NCBI GenBank assembly: GCA_043228905.1
Contig: JBHGNT010000021.1
Location: 5,270,001-5,334,000 of the forward strand
Source: Azolla caroliniana
Taxonomy: Eukaryota; Plantae; Polypodiophyta
Direction: 5' to 3'
Length of the DNA stretch: 64,000 nucleotides
The notes below the pieces were generated by a model. The model was not told the origin of the DNA. It ran no database searches and worked only from the letters and a program-made list of their open reading frames with translations. Within the stretch, counting starts at the first letter, position 1; each line of letters starts with the position of its first letter. The translations under genes and the position numbers were made by a program. Below, one piece after another: positions 58,223 to 64,000 of this stretch.

Positions 58223-61200
58223 ATGGCCGAGCAACTTATCGGTGACCTCATCAACCTTGACATCACTGATAGTGGATACATCATCGCTGAATACATATGG
58301 TAATGCTTATGGCCATTGAGTTTCTTTGTTTTTAGTTTTATTTCAAGTTCTTTCTTGGATTTGTTTTTATTTATTTATTATCAATGCTTGCTTTGGCACG
58401 AACAATCGATCAATGAAGCCACATATAGACATTCTCTTCACAAGTTTATAATGTTGAACATGGGTGGGAAACATGTGGGGAAAGTGGGTTCTTTCCAATG
58501 TGGGTTGTTGGAGGGAAACATTAGGGGAAAGTGGGAAACGTGATGGAAAGTGGGTTCTTTCATAGTGGGAATAATGCTGAACATCGGAGAGAAACGCGAG
58601 GGTAAAATGGAGTCTTTTATAATTGGAACAATGCTGAACAATTGGATGGAGAGAACAGGGTTCTGACAATAATGCTTGTCATAGCACGGAAAGATGAGGG
58701 AGAATTGAGTCTTTCCCATATGGGAAAAATGTCTTGAATGTCTTGTGATATATTCCTCACAATCATTATCTCATTTAATGCATCCTTTGTCAAATTTGAT
58801 TTGGTTGGGCAAGTGAGTGGTGACGTATTTGATTCCTAATGTAACTATCAAAATGTAGCTGGCATCAACACTTAAATTGAATTTGACTGCATTGAAAAAG
58901 TATGTCGTAAGTGTTTGGTTCTTGATTTGCTTATACTAAGATAGATTGAATCCATAATTAAATCAGTTTTAATTGAGCAAGTAGCTTAACCAGTGTTTTA
59001 TTCTCAATGAATATAGTCAATATGCAGTTGGAGCTCTAACATATCCATCCTTATTGAAAATTGGTTAACTGAACAACTGAGAAGCTTTGATTCTTGATGT
59101 AGGAAACAGACAGGCTTGCTAGGACAAACTTAGATAATCAACTTTACATGACCAAACTCCAAAAACACTGATAAAACGTTTTTTGATGTATTTCAGGATT
59201 GGTGGAACTGGTGTCGATGTTCGAAGCAAAGCTAGAGTAAGTATACCATCATTTAATGTATTCTATATGATAATGTGTGCTGATTCATTTATTACAGATG
59301 AATTTTGTATAGTGGATGATATGCATTATTCATCTAGTTCAGAGGGTTGCATCTTATAGGCATTGTGGGTTTAATATGCCGTGAAAGCCGTATAGATAAT
59401 AAATGACATGGATTGCCCATCTAGTGAGATAGTCACATTATTTGGGAACATTCAATTCCCTTAACCTTTAGTTTGGTGCAACAATCTGAAGGTTAATGGT
59501 TTCCATAGTGGATAATGACATGGGTTGCCCATTTAGTGAGGGGTTTGCATCTTAAAAGCCATTGACTTGTTGCACAAACAGACTGTCAAGGCACCAATCA
59601 CAAGCCCAAAAGACCTTCCCAAGTGGAATTATGATGGATCTAGCACCGGTCAAGCTCCTGGCAAGGACAGTGAAGTCATTCTATAGTAAGCTTCTGCATT
59701 GAGCTTGTAATTGTGTCTAATGCATTGATAGGAAATACCACATATATAATTCTTTTTGTTATATTTATGATTGACAGCCCTCAAGCTATCTTTAAAGATC
59801 CATTCCGGAGGGGAGATAACATCCTGGTATGACACTATACATTTGCTTAAGGATTTATGATAGTAGCAAAAATGAAGCATCAAAGATGTCAGGGGCACCT
59901 TCATTGAAGCCTATGGCATGTTTTATGTTTTCAGCTATAGTAATACAGCTTTTTCATTAACTTATTATTATTATTATTATTGCCAAAGATGTGTGTGTAA
60001 GGTCCGATGCTTGAGGCATCTCATGTTTTTGATTGATGAAATCTTGTCATAAATAGGTGATTTGTGATTGTTATACACCACAAGGGGAGCCCATCCCCAC
60101 AAACAAGCGTTGCAATGCTGCCAAAATCTTTTCCAACAAGGAGGTCGAGAAAGAAGTACCATGGTAAAATCAAGCTTTGATGCAAAATTTGGGCAAAAGA
60201 TTATTATTGATATTTCATATCAATTCATATATGTCGATGCATTCAGGTTTGGTATTGAACAAGAGTTTACCCTTCTCCAAAAAGATGTGCAATGGCCTCT
60301 TGGATGGCCTATTGGTGGCTACCCTGGACCTCAGGTAAATCAGCATTATTAACTGTTTGAACAAAACTTGAAGTGTTTGTCTTCCGTTTATAGTACAGCC
60401 TCACAAGAATTGGAATGACAATCAAGCATAATCCAGTAATTAACATTATTAGATAAAAGTGAAAGAATTATCCGAATTATTAACTAAAAAGGCATGATCC
60501 CTTACGACTTCCCTTACAAATCCTCAATAGGGACCTTATTATTGTGGAACTGGGGCTGACAAAGCATGGGGGCGTCAAATCATTGACGCACACTACAAAG
60601 CATGTATCTATGCTGGCATTCAAGTGTCGGGTATCAATGGGGAGGTGATGCCTGGCCAGGTATGTAGCTATACCCTCATCACTACTACTATCATTGATTT
60701 CTACAGAACTAATTATTATCATCTAAAAGCAAATAAACTATGATGCCAAACTTTGCAGTGGGAATTCCAAGTTGGTCCATGTGTCGGTATTGACGCCGGA
60801 GATCAGTTATGGTGTGCTCGTTACCTCTTGGAGGTAGGGATATGAAATATTTTGGTTTGATAAATAACCTCATCAAAGTTTGAAATACATATTGCTCAAC
60901 AAGAGGAAGTTAGTGATGTGGGCTTTGGAACAATTTCAATCAATTATATATTTCACTTTTTCATTTCATAAATATAATCTTTCTGAAGACAATCGCCAAC
61001 AACTATTCCACATAACTATTAAAATAATGCCTGCCCGGACAAAACGTCTTTTTCTATCACTTGATCATGCTTCCAGATCCATCCATCATCAAATGTTGTA
61101 TTTCATAGTGAAAATGTCATAGCTGAGTCTGTAAACATTTATTTGCTATTTTCATAACACAGAGGATTACAGAGCTAGCTGATGTGGTTCTTACCTTGGA

Positions 61201-62346
61201 CCCCAAGCCTATTCCGGTAAATCGTTTGTTAGTGTTGTAATGTTTCAATTTTTTTTTTCTTCGATAGAGAACATTGATTCTTATCTATACATTTGTTGGC
61301 TTCTTTGGTACAGGGAGATTGGAATGGAGCTGGCTGCCACACTAACTATAGGTACAAACAAATTGTGAACTTTTCCTATGTAAAAATGTTCCACCCATTC
61401 CACATTTATTGCACAATCCATTGTTTTTGAGAAACCCTAGTTTGAAAGAATCGTTTTTGGTAATGTGTTATATAGATATATATATATAACATGGAAAACA
61501 AATGTGCAAGACAAAGCCTAGCTCAAAGAGTTATATTGTAAAAGGTTATAATTAACTCAAATGCTCCTGTAAAATGCAGCACCTTGTCAATGAGGGAGGA
61601 GGGTGGATATGAGGTAATCAAGGAGGCGATCGAGAAGTTAGGGCTGAGGCATAAGGAGCATATCGCTGCCTATGGTGAAGGAAATGAGCGTCGTCTCACG
61701 GGTCGTCATGAAACAGCTGATATCCACACTTTCTCTTGGGTATATCTATGCATTTCCATTATATTGTGTATAATGCCGATTCGATGCTCATCTATAAGGA
61801 GACCTTTGAATGTGAACATCATAAGTTAAAAACACCGATGTACCCTCAAACATTTTGTATATTTACGAGGATACCCTCTTGGTTTTCCAAACGTATGTGC
61901 TTTTTTCCTGGATTTATACATGTAAATATTCAAAAAAATGTTAGGGGTATATTGATGTTTCTCCTTCCAAAGATTTTTTTTGCCATTCTTCGAAACGCTT
62001 AGCAATATTCAAAACATCACACCATTTTTTCGACAGGGTGTTGCGAACCGTGGTGCATCCATTCGTGTTGGGAGGGACACGGAGAAGGAAGGGAAAGGTA
62101 AGCCATACAAAGATTATGGTTATCTTACTGATGACCTTTATTAAGAAAAAATATTAGCTGCAATCTTCCAAATGATTGTTAAGTTGGATCACATATAAGT
62201 TGAACATAAACTAGATGTATTGATAACATAGATTACCATATGAATGTAATATAGGTTACTTTGAGGATCGGAGGCCCGCAAGCAACATGGACCCTTACAT
62301 TGTGACATCTATGATTGCGGAAACAACATTATTGTACAAGCCCTAA
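58223..62346 (+). CDS. GLN1: Glutamine synthetase, cytosolic GS1 type, 13 exons, about 357 aa
   Basis: Exons 58223-58299, 59197-59236, 59582-59685, 59778-59826, 60057-60163, 60247-60334, 60531-60659, 60759-60833, 61163-61216, 61314-61351, 61580-61739, 62037-62097 and 62255-62346 join in frame (1074 nt). Motifs: [52 protein letters not shown] and [15 protein letters not shown]; no transit peptide. Confidence 0.97.
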
Positions 62347-64000
62347 AGGTGCAAAGTTTGTTCCCAATCGATTTGCTTTAGTTGACAACTTGATATAATG
62401 GCACACATAGCTAGTCCTCATTCTTCCTTGGTGATGGGTATGGTATTAATTCAATGTTTTTTTGTTTCGTTTAGCTTATAGAATTCTATCATCTATCGAC
62501 AGAGTGAAGGAAAAGGCTAAATATATAATAAGACAACTTGGTGAAGGAAGTTCCCCAAGCGTGCAACATCATAATGGGATTTTGTTTTCCCCTTTGGGGG
62601 AAATCCCCTATTGTTCTATTTTTCTTTGATTGATCCCCAAATTTATGGACACAACAAAGCTGTAATCTATTTATAAGCAATTCATCCTTCTTCTTTTCTC
62701 ATATTATGTGATTATGGCATGTATGAGTTTAAAAAAAATGCAATATATATTAGTTTATCTTTGCTTTTAAATTTATATAGTGAATATCAAAACCTATAAA
62801 GTGATTGTGGTGTTTCTTAGTTGATTCGTCCACTTTTAAACCTTGATTATAAAAGAACCTCTTATCACACAAGTTTCCCAACACTTTGATATTTGTGAGC
62901 ATGTTAACACAAAATGTGAATGTAATGAAATAAATATATTACGAGCACCTTGATGTATAGAGGCTTTGTTAAAGTATTCTAGGCCTATGTGTGCATGTAT
63001 GGTACTATACCTTGATGTTACAATAATCCTAATCTTCGAATTGGTAGGATATGAGTTTATTATACACACTCAAAAACTCTTATATCAATATTGACACCCA
63101 AATTTTATGAATAATCAAGTGGCTTGCAAGCTGTTCGGTGAACTTACTTTTCTCTTGTTTCTAATCTCTTTTGACTTTCTCAAAGATCTAAACATCCTCT
63201 GCCCTTTGGAAGATCTACCTAGTCATGTGAATCCTTTACCTAGACAACAATATTAAAAATATTTGATACAACCACTACTCACCGAAATCCTATAAGAATA
63301 ATTTGAGTGTCAAACAACTATTAGATTAGACAATGTGAACTCGTGAACATTGGGCTAGATTTACAGTCACTACATTGACACAAAAGCGTGTGAGCTTTTG
63401 GACAATTAAATATGACCCCAAGTCAAAGGGGAAAAACAAAGTTATTATCTCTTTTTTAAAGTGACGTTCAAGGTTCATTTCGTGTATTCCCCAATATGAA
63501 AAGTTGAATAATTTTCAAGAATTCTCTTCTAGAGCTTCCTCATATGTTGCATACTTTTCTACCACCAAGTTTATAACTCAAATTCAAATCTTTCAGTTAT
63601 GTAGGATAGGGGAAATTACACTAGTAAAGTTTGACATTTTTTAAACTTCCTCCTTGGGGTGGTAAAAAAATGAAGAATTTCTTGAGAATTGTGATTTGAA
63701 ATAAGCTCCACTAGCATCTAATTTGGTCCTTAGCATTCTCGAAGATCCAAACAACGATACATTCTTGCATTGGCATAGGCTCCAACTCATGCCATACACC
63801 ACCTACATCAACAATGACATTGACATTGCCATCATGAGACTTGAGGATGTTCGAGTGTGAATTGAATCCTGCTAGTCTCAATGCATCGCACGATGATGAT
63901 TTTTGCATTTGTGAATCTTATTAAAAAGATCAGTTATTGGTTAATTAGTTTTGGGAACTTGAATGATATTATTTATGTACTTAATTTTCGAAATTTTCCT

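Noticed and set aside
63711-63908. O-methyltransferase fragment (VIVDVGG resembles the SAM-binding LVDVGGG motif)
   Set aside because: The match is too short, the following residues deviate, and the window ends before more evidence is available.

Overview
Eukaryotic land-plant genomic DNA with spliceosomal introns. A non-seed vascular plant such as a fern is likely but is only inferred from the retroelement types and the TDIF gene. There are four host genes: a 16-exon DGAT1 (5822-10624, +), an intronless GPR107/CAND6-7-like seven-transmembrane protein (18888-20219, +), a two-exon TDIF-type CLE peptide precursor (24618-25479, -) and a 13-exon cytosolic glutamine synthetase (58223-62346, +). 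Between DGAT1 and the 7TM gene lies a 7.1-kb array of about 11 apparently identical 657-bp units with a template-switch-like junction. Positions 31221-53009 hold a four-element nest. The outer element is an old Ty3/gypsy chromovirus with a Tf1-like self-priming signature and an antisense tRNA-like A/B-box module in its LTRs. It contains a solo LTR and a young non-chromovirus Ty3/gypsy element, which has a non-canonical left end, a 12-15-bp target duplication and a large extra sense ORF. That ORF is in turn interrupted by an intact Ty1/copia element. A non-autonomous hAT element sits upstream of the glutamine synthetase gene. All coordinates and comparisons were read by eye.
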